Assembly: GCA_030248215.1 (NCBI GenBank)
Contig: JASANG010000753.1
Location: 496,001 to 560,000, forward strand
Length of the DNA stretch: 64,000 bases
Direction of reading: 5' to 3'
Source: Enoplolaimus lenunculus
Lineage: Eukaryota
Under the pieces are notes generated by a model. That model made no database searches, was not told where the DNA came from, and saw nothing but the letters and a program-made list of their open reading frames with translations. How positions within the stretch are numbered: the first letter of the stretch is position 1; each line of letters starts with the position of its first letter. Of this stretch, positions 1-13,600 are shown piece after piece. Both the position numbers and the translations under genes were made by a program.

Positions 1-2933
1 GTCTCGCCAAAAAACATGTTTAGGATGCATGAGTCCCTTATACACAGCGTGTATCCACATTTTATACAATTTATTTGCCGACACTGTTTTTAAGGATAAC
101 TTTTCGCCAAAAAACCAACAAAAATTTCCATCCATTTTAAAAGATGACTCAATCATTGCAATCCGTATCTCTTTATATAACTCCGGTACATCAATGCGTC
201 TCAGTTGACGTTTAGTCGAAAACTGAACTTGCCGAAAGAAATGTTCAAAACATCTCTTCCAACTCACAACTTCGGTACCTCTTAATATTCGAATATAAAA
301 CATTAAACGATTCACTTTCAGTCTGACAAAAATATTTGGGAAATTTATCCCGCCGTGTCTAGGTTGTAAAAACAGGATATCCCTTCTAATAATACTAGCG
401 GTGGACGGGTACCACAACCACTTATAAACCACATTGATAGTTTCCTTCACTAGTTGCTCAGGGGGTGTTACTAATTTTATCAAATAATTAAACATACACA
501 AAAAATAAATGTGAACAAGATGTATTTTTCCAAAAACAGAGATACCTCGGGGCGGTATTCGCTGTTCAAGACTTGCAATTGCTTCATAGCACTTTATCCA
601 ATTTTCAGGAACATCGAGTCCCTTTGAATCAAACCAAAGGCCATAAATTTTCACTCTTTCAACAATAAAGCGTGCATATTGATGGGGTACAAGTGCGTTC
701 CTTAGATCGCCCATTAATAGTATCTGTGTTTTAGTTTCCTTTAGTCGGCTGCCAGAGGCCTTTTGAAATTTTTCAAAAACATCAAAAACCACACTTATAT
801 CTGAAATCCTACTTAGAAAAATATTAGTGTCGTCGGCAAACTTAGTCACTCGGGTGTTAATGCCGTATAGTGGTATCCCCGAAATTCTTGAAGTTATTCG
901 AAGATAATGAGCTACCACTTCCGCTGTTATGACATATAATGACGGCGATAAGGGACACCCTTGTCGAATTCCACGGAAAACATGAAAAAATTCTGACTTA
1001 AAACCATTAACTATAACAGATGATCTTGTACATCCGGGTTTATAAATACATTTGATCATGTTTAAAAAGTTTTCGCCAAAATTCATGACCCTAAGTGTCT
1101 CAAAAATAAATGACCACTCCACCAAATCAAAAGCGGCTTTGTGATCAACTGATAGCAGCAACGCCTTTGCGTTGCTTTCATTGGCATAATGAATAACAGA
1201 CATGACATGTGCAACACTGTCTTGGATAATTCTGTCGGGAACCGAGCTTGTCTGATCCGGGTGGACTAAAGATTTCATGACCGATTCTAATCTTTTTGCC
1301 AAAACTTTCGTAAAAATCTTATAATCTATATTCAGCAACGTAATTGGCCGCCAATTATCGCGACACGTTTTCCTTCCATTCCCTTTATATAATAGGGTAA
1401 TAACACCATCATATGCGGAGGAATTGAGCTTAAGATCATCCAAGAACGCGTTATACATTTTACACAAAAATTCAGATAATATTCCACAAAACAGCCAATA
1501 GAATTCAACAGAAATACCATCGTATCCCGGCGTCTTTTTACCCTGCATAGATTTAATAGCGCTCGCTATTTCAACTGACGTAATGGGTCCCTCTAAAGTA
1601 TTTTTTTCCACCTCACTCAACTTGGAAAGACCATTTTGTGCCAGAAAAAAAGTGAGATCTTCTCCGCTTATCCCTTCCGATCTGAATACGTTGGAATACT
1701 GCTCAGTAATTTCACCTAGAACTGCATCTGAGTCTGTTACTAACGTGCCATCAGACCTTTCGATCGAGCTTATATGCCTGGCTTCCCAGTTCTTACGTTG
1801 AAGAGACTTGACTGTTGCTAAAGAGGCGTTGTCATTTACCTCACTACCGTAGTACGTATTATGCCTGCAAGAAGCAATATAAAATGCATTCAATAATTCG
1901 ATTTCATTTTTTAGCTTTTTAAGACCCGATCTGAGATTCGGATTGTTTGGATACTGTCCTATCAGCATTTGTACATTAATAACTTGGCTCTCTAATGATT
2001 TCCTCAACATGTCGCGTTCCTTAGCTTTATTTTTACCCAACTTTACAAAGAAGGTTTTAACATCAGCCTTAAATACTTCCCACATCATAGAAAACCCTGT
2101 GGAAATGTTCATTAAATGTTTGAGCCGCGTTAAAACAAAGGTCTGTACGCCGACTTCACCCAAAAGCATTGTATTCATCTTATAGTATCCTTTACCTCTC
2201 TTTAAATTAGGTAAGCGAATCTTAACTCTAAACAACCTATGATCTGTCTTGTTCACTGCACGAGCGGTACACAAAGCGCCCGGTTGTAAAAAAGCCGGCA
2301 TATAAATCCGATCTATACGAGACTGACTTCCATGAATGTCTGAAAGAAAAGTAAAAAAGTCGTTTTTATTTGGATGTGTCTCCCTAAAAACATCAGATAT
2401 CACCAACAGTTCCTTCAAACAATAAAGCTCTCTCAGGCCTTGCTGCTGATCATATGACGGCCGTGATCGGTCCAAAACCGGGTCCTCAACTAAGTTAAAA
2501 TCACCCAACATAATAACACATTTATAATCAAACCAAAACGAATTTTGCACTTGTTGCATCAGCTGGTTGAAAAAAACTACTCGCTGCTCGCCGTTCGCGG
2601 GAGCATAAATACCAATTAAGAAAAAAGAAAGAGAGCCAATACTAAAAGCAATCGTGACCGCCCTACCCTGAATATTAAAAATGTTTTCAATTTGACCAAC
2701 AGGAGCCGTCCTATTTATAAGGACCGTCACCCCTGTCTTACTTTCCTCCTCGCTTCGAAAAAGAAAATTTAAAATTGCGGGAGAAAAATAAAAAAACCCC
2801 CCCCCCATTTTAAAAATGTATCTTTCACACAAAAAAAAACCAAAACCATCCCTCAAAACATCGACACTTTTCGAAAATGCTTAATGGATCTGCAATTTAA
2901 ACTGGAAAAAGAAAAGAAATTTGGCAGATCCAT
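1..2933 (-). CDS. LINE ORF2: APE endonuclease + reverse transcriptase (partial, runs off left edge)
   Basis: Hand translation gives MDLPNFFSFSSLNCRSI (ATG 2933), LGDFNLVEDPVLDRS (~2505), SQSRIDRIYM, KTDHRL, GKKTPGYDGISVEFY (~1548), NWRPITLLNIDYKIFTKVLAKRL, GIRQGCPLSP, FADDTNI (~840). Motifs at 2505, 1548 and 840 share one frame. A stop and a frame change occur in the homopolymer patch 2760-2860. Confidence 0.92.
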
Positions 2934-2987
2934 ATTTACTCTCTTTCATATCAATTTAAGGCATGTAAAACAAAAAAAAATGCACGT

Positions 2988-4607
2988 TCACATTGCAATG
3001 TTTGGCTTTTTGCCACTAATCACATCTGACTCTTCATACAACCGCTTAACACCTGTAACGCGAGAAGATATATCAGACGATGTGCTTACTGTTCTCACCT
3101 TTCGTAACATAATGTGTTCTCGCACAAGAGTCTGACAGTCACCATTTAAGTTTAAACTGCCAGGACGCCAGGTAACTCTATTTTGAGCTCGATTATCAGA
3201 GTGTCCACGGCCGCAGCTCCAAGGCCCCGGCCCAGGTACAGTCTCAACCAATAGACCCTCTGTTGACAATAGTGTGCGCCCAATCACATCACATTGTTGT
3301 GCTCGTGCAAAACAAATCGTATAAATTAATTCGAAAACGATACACAAATAATGTAACGTTGTGCCCGGCCAAACTATCTGACTATGTAAAAATTTTATTG
3401 ATTTAGGATCGTCTGTTCCCCAAACCTTCTCTTCGATATCTTTGCGACCACTGAATCTCGCCTTCCACACTGCGACAAATTTTTCAGGAGATGAGAAAGA
3501 CTCGCCCCAAACAGATACTGGATTGTCAACATGGAAATTCGAAAGACGATAATTGCTTGGATGTTTCGGATCAAAAAATTTTTTAACGTCTTCCCCCTCG
3601 GGGGGAGGCGGGGGCGTCGATTGTTTCTACCACAGCAAATATTACCACCCAGCAAAAAAAATAAGAAAAATCTCCCGCGTTCCCGCCAATTTATCCCCCC
3701 CCTCTTTTTTTTTTTCCCGTTGTTGTTGTAATTGTTGTTGTTGTATTTGTTGTTTCTGTTGCTGCTGTTGTTGTGACTGTTGTTTGGGTTCTTGCTCTTC
3801 TTGTTGTTGTTTAGCTGAGTTCGTGTCCACTTCAGTGTTGTTCAAAGCAGGAAAATCAACACAATCTAATTGTTCATGTCCAAATTTATAACATGATTTA
3901 CAATACCGACCCATACCCGGGTACCATGCCCGAATTATAATATATCCGCGCCTAAAATGAGGATCGCACCATTGGAGCCGAGGAGGTATTTTATAGTCGC
4001 GGCGGATCTGGACTAAGAAACTTCGACCACTTGAGATGTATTCACTTCCTCGATGCTTGATGAAACGACCAGGTTGCAAGCACTGAATATTTTGAGCAGC
4101 TAAGAACGACTGTAGCGCTTTATCCGGAACTTCAAAGGGGACGCCATATAGATGTAAAGTTCGAACAATAAAAGGAGATTGCAATGTTGCGTCGCGAGGA
4201 ATTTCTAGAATTACCTCCGAGTCCCCAATTTTAATTGATTTACCTGCTGCTATAGATGCAATGTCCTTGGATGGGAAAATAATTTTAACACTATTACTAA
4301 ACTTCTCACCGCCCTGGACAGTGAAAACCTTATTAACAGCGTTCAGCACTTCTACGCACGTTAAGTTATTAAGACCATGATATTTAAGATTAGTTACATA
4401 GAGTGTTCTAGACCGTAATAAGTTCGCATAGTCCCCTTTTAATTCATTTGCATCATTATTACCCTCGACGTCGTAATCCTGATTGTGATCAATTGCTGCC
4501 GTGTCCATTGGGGTTTGTGGTTGATCAGTTAAGGTGGAAGTCTCCTCCGACAAAATACTGCCGCCTCCAGCAATACCAATGACATCGTGATCACTGGTTG
4601 TAGGCAT
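2988..4607 (-). CDS. LINE ORF1 nucleic-acid-binding protein with CCHC zinc knuckle and poly-Q tract (interrupted near 3540-3720)
   Basis: ORF 3642-4607 contains CKSCYKFGHEQLDC (Cx2Cx4Hx4C) after an RRM-like segment (TLHLYGVPFEVPD). ORF 2988-3470 is in the same frame and ends 55 bp before the ORF2 ATG. Confidence 0.8.
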
Positions 4608-6008
4608 TATTTAATATAAAAGTAAATATTAATGCCTGAATGCAATTGGGTTAAAACCATTTTTTTTAAATCTTCTGTTAAAAATCTGGGCTGTCGAAGC
4701 CGGCGGCCGATCTTCGGTTTAGAATATTTATCTTAAGAAAGGACGCTGAATATTTGCATGTCTCAGAATATACTTTAAGCTTTAGACTATTTTTTGCTTA
4801 GGTTTAGGTTTAAACTTTTAAAATGAAACGCATAAAAAATTTGTAAAACTACAAAATTTCACTACCGAAATTGCCGGCACCTCTTGCAGAAATTCTTTCT
4901 GAGCTGTATATAAATCGTTTAATGCTCGGTTTGAAATAAAAGTCGACAAGTCACCCAAATCACAAAATTTTCAGCACATGAAATTTCAGACTACTCTTTA
5001 AATACCCCGACAACAGTAGATTTATATAGTTTTACACGTCAGGCTAAAAATTAATAAAACCAAAGCCTATTTACTTCCAATAAATTATTTATGACGCAAC
5101 CGGACACATTATTATATTACAACAGATGGCATCCCAATTGAAGCACTGATATTTCACAGTAATTCGGCAAGTATTAATACAAGGCAACTGTAAAAAGCAA
5201 ACCAATGAACGATACGAAATCATTCCTAATCTATAATTGTTGTTGTTGTATTACTACTTCTGCGCTTGTTACCTTAAAGAATTCAAAGCGAGAGAAAAAC
5301 TCAACAATTATTCAGAACGGATTGTAAGACAAGTATCATTATTTAAAATGACGTCACAATTAACACTACAATCATAAATCAATAATGGGAAAATTGACAA
5401 CAATATTATAAATATCCGATCACTGCTAGAATATACAACGATAAAAACGCCAGCATAACCCGGTCGCAAAAGCTGTGACTAGTTTTGACAAACCCATATT
5501 ATTATAACAATCATCGTCAGCCAACCCAGAATTTTCAAATGGCAGTAACTACTATCACAAGATAGCCGATATGTGTTTTAACTAATAAACTATATAAACT
5601 TTATGAAATGCTTCACCGAATAGAATTCGTCTGTAGCTGTACAAAATTGCATACTCCAAATATACCTTAGTTTATATTTTTAAATCATAACTAAGTCGAA
5701 ATACATTAGCTGCTACAAAGCCATGAAAATACCAGCACTGGTGGATATAATACAAAATCCACAATATCATGTATACACCATGCAACATTGAAGAGGGGTG
5801 GGTGATGAACACAGAAGCCTTTTTGGCTTCAATATACAACACAGCAAAGGTTTTACCTACAGCATTTATACTGCTGAATCATTGGATTCTGTAGCCAATC
5901 GGTTCAGCAGTTAATTGTTTTCAGCAGCCAACAGCTTTCAAAAAACATACTTGCTGTTCGCATATGTAGATTTAACAAAACAAACAAACAAACCCGTCCA
6001 CCAACACG

Positions 6009-8398
6009 CTACAACTGTACCACCCATTCCGCTTGATTTGGGCTTGAATCATTCATGCCTAACGCAGCCATATCACACGTCAACGGACTACAAGACTCCG
6101 AACTAGGCGTTACCGGTTTCAAAAATAGCACAATTCTTTCAATGACTTCCTTGTCCGATTCACTCGGCGACTGAAGATGTTCGACCACAAAACTAACATC
6201 GTCGCTAATTTTTGATTTATTTTCCACAAACGCCAATGTGGCATGAAGTAAGTTTAAAAATTCAAATCGCAACGTGCTCTTGGGTGATAGATTTTGAATT
6301 TCACGAGTGCAAATATCGGCAAGTACGTCAAGGTCAGTAGAGTAGAAGCACGATACACCGTTGGTAGAATGCAACAAATCTGAGAGCAGTTTAATTACGC
6401 TATGCGGCCGCTGCCTCTGTTCTGACGTATAAGGCCATACAGGATCAATTTTTCGATTCGCAAACGCAATCAGTTCGCTAGTAACAGTAAGGCTTTGTGC
6501 AATTTTCGCTTGATCACAAAGTACCCTTGGCACAGCATTTCGACAGTAACTAGCAGAATCATCATGAAGGTTAAATGCTAATGCAGCTTTGAGTCCGTTT
6601 AGCGTTGAATGCTTGAACAGCAGTGCAACAAAAGATTCCCGTAGGGTGTCTAAATGTGATACAGGAGGTGGTTCTCCGGTGCAAAATAGCAAACTGATTA
6701 GCTCTAGCGTATCGCGTAGCGCAGCTTCGTCAAATTCTGCGCCTTGTCCGCTGTCCAAAACGAACAAATCGCTTGAAAGTTCAATAGGAAGCAGTGTTGA
6801 CAGCAGTTCATCAGGCATTTTTGAATTCAACAAGCAAATTGATCTAAAAATAAATTAACTCAAGTTAGACGTGAAGGATTTACGCAAATCTAATTTCCGC
6901 AGAACCAATTCATAAAATGTCAACTTCGTATCCACACAATAACTGAACTGAGAAACTACCCACTGTGCAAAACCTGTTGCATTCTAACCCAGACAGTGCT
7001 CCCGTCTAATGTAGCTTTAGAACATATTCAAATTTTAAACACCCATTCGCCAGCCATGATCCACTAAAGCAACCTGTTGTGCATATCTGTTCGAACATTG
7101 TTTCTTATATTACTTCTAGTGCGAGAAAGCCCAATCAAAGCCCAGTGAAGCCTTTGCAGGGACGCGCCCAGAGAAGCGAACGAGGCCTCCGGAATCCGAG
7201 CTCTTTTTTGTTAAGCAAGAACACTGCCTCTTTTAACCATCGTTAACGATCAGCCAATTGTATCTTTAGAATAACAGTTTAGTTGTTTTTCTAGGTTGGC
7301 CAACCGAACCCAACCTTCGCAGAACGTCACAGAGGCATTACAAACATACTTAAACACTCCTAGCAGCGTATTTCGTATTGGTCGCCGTTGTTCAGATTGA
7401 AACAGTTCAACCAACCGCTCAATATGTTGCCCGTTATCTTCACGGCACAATATCGGTACAGGAACACGCGGATCACTCTTTTGTAGTAAATTATTCAGCG
7501 CATTAAATAAACTACAAATATCGGCAGTATTGTCATGAAGTGCCCACGATCGTTCTTGTACGTCAGCGTGCATTTGAGCTACTTCCTAAAAGCAAAATAA
7601 GGGCGGATACTAAAAAAATCACTGTGAATTGCAGTAGTTGCTTTTTTATCCATATTAAGATATGATTATCGCTGTCAATTTAGCGTTATACACAATATTA
7701 AGCATACGCTCAAGCTGTTAGCGAATAACGTAAGGATTCACCGCAAAGCTTAGCAAGAAATTCGTTGTGTTTATTAATCATAACTTATAAGTCGTGCTCG
7801 TTAACACGTGCGTAGATTGGGGTTTTTCGGTCTAGGATAAAAATAACAGAACATGATTTTTACAAAAAATTAAATTTTTGAATTATTTAGACATATGCAG
7901 TTAATTGGCCATATTTTTTTAGATTGCTGCATTTCTTACTATGTGAACCACAGCTAAACGAAAATATGGAATTACACGTATCATTAAATTGTTACGAGTC
8001 CATACGCAACACATTATATACCTGCAAAAGTTCTCGTAATCGGCATGCGTCGTTACAGTTTTCGATGTCTAAGCAGTCTTTCTGTAAACTCGCTTCAATC
8101 TCCTGAAACATTATAAACTTGACCATATTACTAAATACTTAAAAAGATAGCCAAACTGTAAAGTTCTTTCCCAAAATATGCAAAACATAAAACGTAAATG
8201 TTAAATCAAAAGGTATATAATTGCTAATGGTCAGTGACCGCCTCGGTATACCTGAAGCGATTCAAGTTTTAAAGCATCTTGTAATATTGAAACAACAGTT
8301 AATGCAGTGGCTTGAGAATCAGACCATGTCAGATCAGTTTCAGTGCGAATCTCTTCAATCAATTTGATACTAAGCAATGAGATATTAGTATTATCCAT
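6009..8398 (-). CDS. NCKIPSD: NCK-interacting protein / SPIN90 / WISH-DIP family Arp2/3 activator (conserved C-terminal region)
   Basis: Exons ~8398-8252, 8102-8022, 7585-~7305, 6843-6009. Motifs LIEEIRTETDLT, DVQERSWALHDN, LLPIELSSDL and FYSTDLDVLADICTREIQNLSPKSTLRFEFLNLLH resemble NCKIPSD as recalled. The exon 3 donor is uncertain. Confidence 0.85.
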
Positions 8399-10647
8399 AA
8401 GCTAAATACAGAATGCTTAAAAATGATAAACTTTGTTACTGAATATAGAGTAATAAAAATATACTGGAGCCAATCAGAACGTTGGTATCTGGAAATTATC
8501 TGCACACGGACAAATTGTCTCTAAGAAATTAAGCCTTAACATTGTGCCAGCGGAAAGTTGTAAATTTTAGACGGCTAAATTTCTGAAATTTCACTAAGTA
8601 CTTACTTAAGTTATACTTAAGTAATTATTTAAGCCGCCCCGCCCAATTAAGTAAATAATTAATACAGCCATTGTTATGACAAAAAAGCAACATTTGCTAC
8701 AGATTAAAGAGGTACCATTCGTTTACCAGTACTAGACCAAAATTAGCATTCCTGAATAGTTCATTTGTAATATATCAAAATTAGGCAGCGACTTAAGTAT
8801 TTACTTAACCTGAGTATACGTATCCATTTAAGTTTTTATCATGTATTTAGTTAAGAAAAGAAGAATCTTGGGTCTGCAATTTTAATTTAACTGCGGATGA
8901 TCTAGACGCATTAGCCAGCACCACGTCAAAAACTTTCAGATACTTAATATTTACTTATTAACTTAAGCATCCTTTTACAAATATCAAATTGCCGGTAAAT
9001 TTTTACCGGAATCAAAAATTCCAGTATTAAAACCTTGTCGCTGGAAATTAAGATATTTTACGAAAAAATGACGATAAAAATAAACTTGGCGTATTTCAAG
9101 ATATATGCCTTTTACATTATTCCGTCAATGTCCACTTCGATTTAAGATGGAGCTTGAGTTCGACTCAAGTTTTGCATGAAACGTAAATTCTACAGTACAA
9201 CAAAGCTCTTATCACTCTTATGGTTGTTGTTGTTGTTGTTACTCATTTTGAATGTTATATGCGTAGGATTTCAGCTTATTTTCGCTGAACGAACACGTAG
9301 GCGGTAAAATTAGTGCAATTAGGGTAACCGGTTTGGGCAGATGACTATAAGCCGAACAGTTGTTATTTTGGTTGGTTTTGCAACCTGTAACGCTTCAACG
9401 GACGGCTGAAACTGCAGTCGAACACTCGGCGCAGTGGGTATCAAGGTGCCGTTGGGCTGAGTTACCGGAGTGGAGCAACTGACTGGCTACACTAATGTGC
9501 TGTAACCACACACTCTACACGTGTTTTTGTGAGTTAAACGTTTAGCATGCAAACGTGCTTAATTTAACTGAACGGCATCACAGAAGTGTCCTGATTTTAA
9601 AGCGTACCTGAACAAAAAATAGCCAGTTTCAACAGTCATACAAATAATATTATTTTACAGACAAAACTTAAGACTCTTATAGTTCAGAAAATGCACGAAC
9701 TTTAATGAAGCGTATACGTTCTGTCCAACAAAGAAATTGGATCACAATGCCACATATAAAGATATAATTATAGGATTTGAGCGAAAATTTCTACATTAGA
9801 ATCTCGCAAATTTAACCAAAATTTTTCGAATAACATTCTAATATACATAATCCATATTTCTTTGAAAAAAGCCGCGAGCAAAAAGAAGAGTCACCGCCTG
9901 AGGCCGGTGACAAAAACTTCCGAAATAAAGTTTCTACATAACGCACTAGCTATAGTTTTATCCAAGTTTTCGTGACAGAACGCACTAACGAAACCTAAAT
10001 ATATTAAAACTTAAAGTGTTATTATACTTTTTTAATGTAGAACGATAGATAGACAGAATTAACGCACAAGGGTTTTATGTTTAAAGGCAACGTGTCAAAA
10101 TAAATCAAATTCCTTTCAATTGAAGACAAAGTTTTTCTCGAGCAAAAAATTTCGTTTAACAGCATGTGTAAGCCAAAAAATCAGTGACTGTAATGTAATT
10201 AACAGCATGTGTAAGCCAAAAAATCAGTGACTGTAAAACATACATCTCGCACACGACATTATAATTTCAAAACTAAGCTTTCCAAACGGTTATTTCAACA
10301 AATATTGCCAATCCAAATACCGCATTAAATTGAAAAAAAGCTGGAATTTAAAAAAATTACTTTAAAAGGTTTTGTTATAACGTCAAGCTTGACTTAGTTG
10401 AAAATTTTTCCAAGTCCATGCAGAAGGATTGCAAGAATTTTATGCTTTTTTATGCGTATCTTTAAATATATAGCTAGTTTTGGTATAAGTAGTGTCAATG
10501 AAGACATCTAAGGATAACGAAAATTTCTAAGTATCTGGAAATAGATTATAATAATATAGGTTTAGTCTTTAATGCAGTTCTAATGTTTTATTATTTACGA
10601 TTTGCAGAGTACCGTTTATCATTAGTTTAAGTGCCAACTTGCAAACA

Positions 10648-13600
10648 ATGGCGAGTCGTTTTGCGAAATGTTGGTTAATGAAAAGGACCTCATTTTGTAG
10701 ATTTAGTTTATTTTACACGAACTTGCGATCGCTTTCTGGTGACAGCATAGCTCCTAAATCTGAAAGTATGCTTAGGTTTAATTTTAATTGTGTGCTTACG
10801 TTGTGTAATGTGCAAACTGAGATTTAACATACAGACTATGCAATACATATGCACGTACACATAATACAACAGTATTCCTACATGAATTATATAAAGTTGA
10901 TGTTGTATTATGTAAATAGCTACCTGGTTCAACTTGTAGTGTTGACACCACCTCTGATGATATAGTGCAGCAATTCTTTCTTTATTAGTTATTTTATAAT
11001 AAAAGGTTTTCATGATAATTCATGATTGAACTACTGTCTTTGTGCTCAATTGCAGGATTAAATTCGCTTCAAGAGCAAGTTGAGAATGCCATAATTCAAG
11101 AAGCTGTTTATCCGCTTGAGTCGAAGTCTGTTGCCAAAGGACTTTTCTGTAACAAAGTAGACATGGTATGTATTGAAGTAATGAATCATATCTTAGTTGT
11201 GCATGACGTGTTAACTGTTGGCTAGTAACATGCACCTTAATAAACAATATAACATACTTTTCTTAACTAATTTACGCGTAATGAAATGTTCAATGCATAT
11301 TTTAGAACTTGGTTAGCTATCCTGAATTCAACGAAACAGAAGAACTGTTTGAATTAGAAGATTATTGTCGAAAAATTGATCGGATGTTGAAAAATAAAGG
11401 TACTTCTGCATTATAGACGCTTTGAATTTAGTAACAGTTGAATTTAATGTATATTAAGTAATTTTGAAGCTATCGTTTTGTGGTAGTTAAGTTAAACTTG
11501 AAATTCTCAGCAATTTTGCAGTGCCGAACAAGTATATATTTTGTTTTAGTCGATTCACGTGAATTGGATTCTGATAGAGTCATGAATGACGAAGTGATCA
11601 ATGAATTAAAGCAAATTGGTGTGTTTGGTCTTCAAGTGCCAGTCGAATATGGTGAGATTTATTGGGTTTATAGATTTTGCCATCCTAGCTCCCATCGTTC
11701 GTGTAATTTTAATATTTACAACGCCTCTATTTATATGTCAGATTTTCAGATTATTGTTAAATCGTTATAGATGTATTATTGCAGCGCAATTTCTACTTTT
11801 GCACTACTATCAAATATTCGCTTATTTTCGGTGGTTATAAGCAGTACAAAAACAGTTTTACCGGGTTTTCAGGTGGCAAAGGTCTTAGTCATAAAGCTTA
11901 CGCAAAAGTGTTTGAAGCTTTGAGCCGCAACTGGTCAATTTGTACAACGATCCTTGCGCACAGCAATTTGTGTGCTGAGGTAACTTGTTACTGTAAAGTT
12001 CTTGGTTAAGGCAATTGAGTAAGTGTTCGTGCAAATGTTTTCATTTGAGTGAAGTTTTTATTTTGATTGTAGGGCCCACTGGCTAGGTGCAAAGTTGTCT
12101 TTTGCCATGCACTAGTTTATGGGAACAGACGTTTTTCTTTAGAGATTTCACATCGTTTTTACTTTTTAAATGCTTTAGCTTTTTCAATAAAGTTTTTAAA
12201 CGGAAATGAGACAATGAATGCATCATGTTAGTACTTAAATGTTGTTGGAATGTGGTTTGGCACGTTCATCTCGGTCATAACATACGCGAGATTATTTAGC
12301 TATTTTGTTAAATTAGCTTTGTTGTATCTATTGTTTTAGGCGATTTTATTACACGGAACTGAGGAACAAAAATCAAATTTCCTTCCACGGTTAGCGTCCG
12401 GTGAATCGCTGGGTTCCTTTGCGTTACACGAAGAGTCTAGGTATGATTGGTTTTGCTGCTGTTTGACACGTTCGTAGCCAGGATTTTGGAAATTGCATCA
12501 GGCTGTATAATAATTTCCAAAGCGGAGATTCTGGTTTTAACATTTGAAAAACTTCCGAAAGACCCCGAGATGCGAATCACAATGGAGGAGTTAATCCGTG
12601 GGCTCTACTGGCTATTTCATTGCTGCTTGATTTCGAATATTTTGCATTTTTACGAATGTTGAAATTTGTTTTCATTTTCGGTATCAGCTTGTCCTTTTTA
12701 AGTCAAAATTTTCGTCGCGGTTGTGAGACGCGTCTCGTTGACTTGCTCCGCCGCGGACGCAGCGAATGACCAGTGTTGGATTCTTGATAGTTGTTTTATT
12801 TAGTGGAGACGATATGGCAGCAATGCAATCTACATGCTCTGTTTCTGATGCGCTCGATGACACTATGACGCTGACTGGTACTAAACACTGGGTGACAAAC
12901 GGGGGCCGGTCGGATTTGTTTGTAACATTTGCGAAAGTTCCAGATTATGCTTACGAAGATCCAAGGGTAAAATTGTTATTTTCATATATAAGTATGGTCA
13001 TGTTTGCAGTAAATTTTAAAGAGAACGGTTGTAATTTTTTAGGGTTATCACTATGGGGATAGCGAGCAAGCTGACAATTGTTGTGTTATAATGTTAAGTT
13101 GGAGCTACATTGAACGCCGTTTTCTTTGGAAGAGTTTTGGTTTAATAGAACCTAAGTTTTGTGTATTGGTGTAGTTTTTATTTTATATTTTTGCTGTTCG
13201 GTGTGTTCGAATTTCGCAGTTTTGTTTTTTGTAATGGTTTTACGCCATTGTATTTTTATTTTTAGGAATTTCCAAGCACTGCACTAATTGTAGACAAACG
13301 TGTAACTCGGGGCATAGAAACGCGGAGACGAGAAGATGTATTTGGACTTAGAGCAGCAGATAGTATGTTTTTCGTATTTAAATGTGTGTTTTTGTTGAAT
13401 TATCATTGGAAATAACGGTATTTTATTGTGGTCACGAAAACCTTGTCTACAGTTTTCGGATCTTAGAACAAATAGATAGCCGTCATATATAATACTACAA
13501 AGACTATATATTGCGACTGTGCCCAATTTTACATGGAAGATGTGTTTTTGTATTGTTTCAGTTTCTGATGTTAAATTCAACAACGTTCACATCCCGACTA

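Larger units (their letters stand above)
1..4700 (-). mobile_element. L1/Tx1-type non-LTR retrotransposon (5' portion; 3' end lies outside the window)
   Basis: Two-ORF layout: ORF1 with a CCHC knuckle, then ORF2 with APE and RT motifs. The 5' boundary is approximate; MITE-like sequence resumes near 4770. Confidence 0.9.

Noticed and set aside
1332..2185. Short ORFs 1332-1520, 1583-1801, 1943-2185
   Set aside because: Alternative-frame or antisense shadows of LINE ORF2.
3553..3891. Cys-rich plus-strand ORF resembling a metallothionein
   Set aside because: Antisense reading of the poly-Q (CAA)n tract.
9300..9610. GC-richer patch with a minus-strand acceptor, possible upstream NCKIPSD exon or ncRNA
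   Set aside because: All three frames after the acceptor stop quickly; no RNA family recognised.
10158..10236. ~37-bp direct repeat x2
   Set aside because: Simple local duplication; only two units, not a CRISPR-like array.
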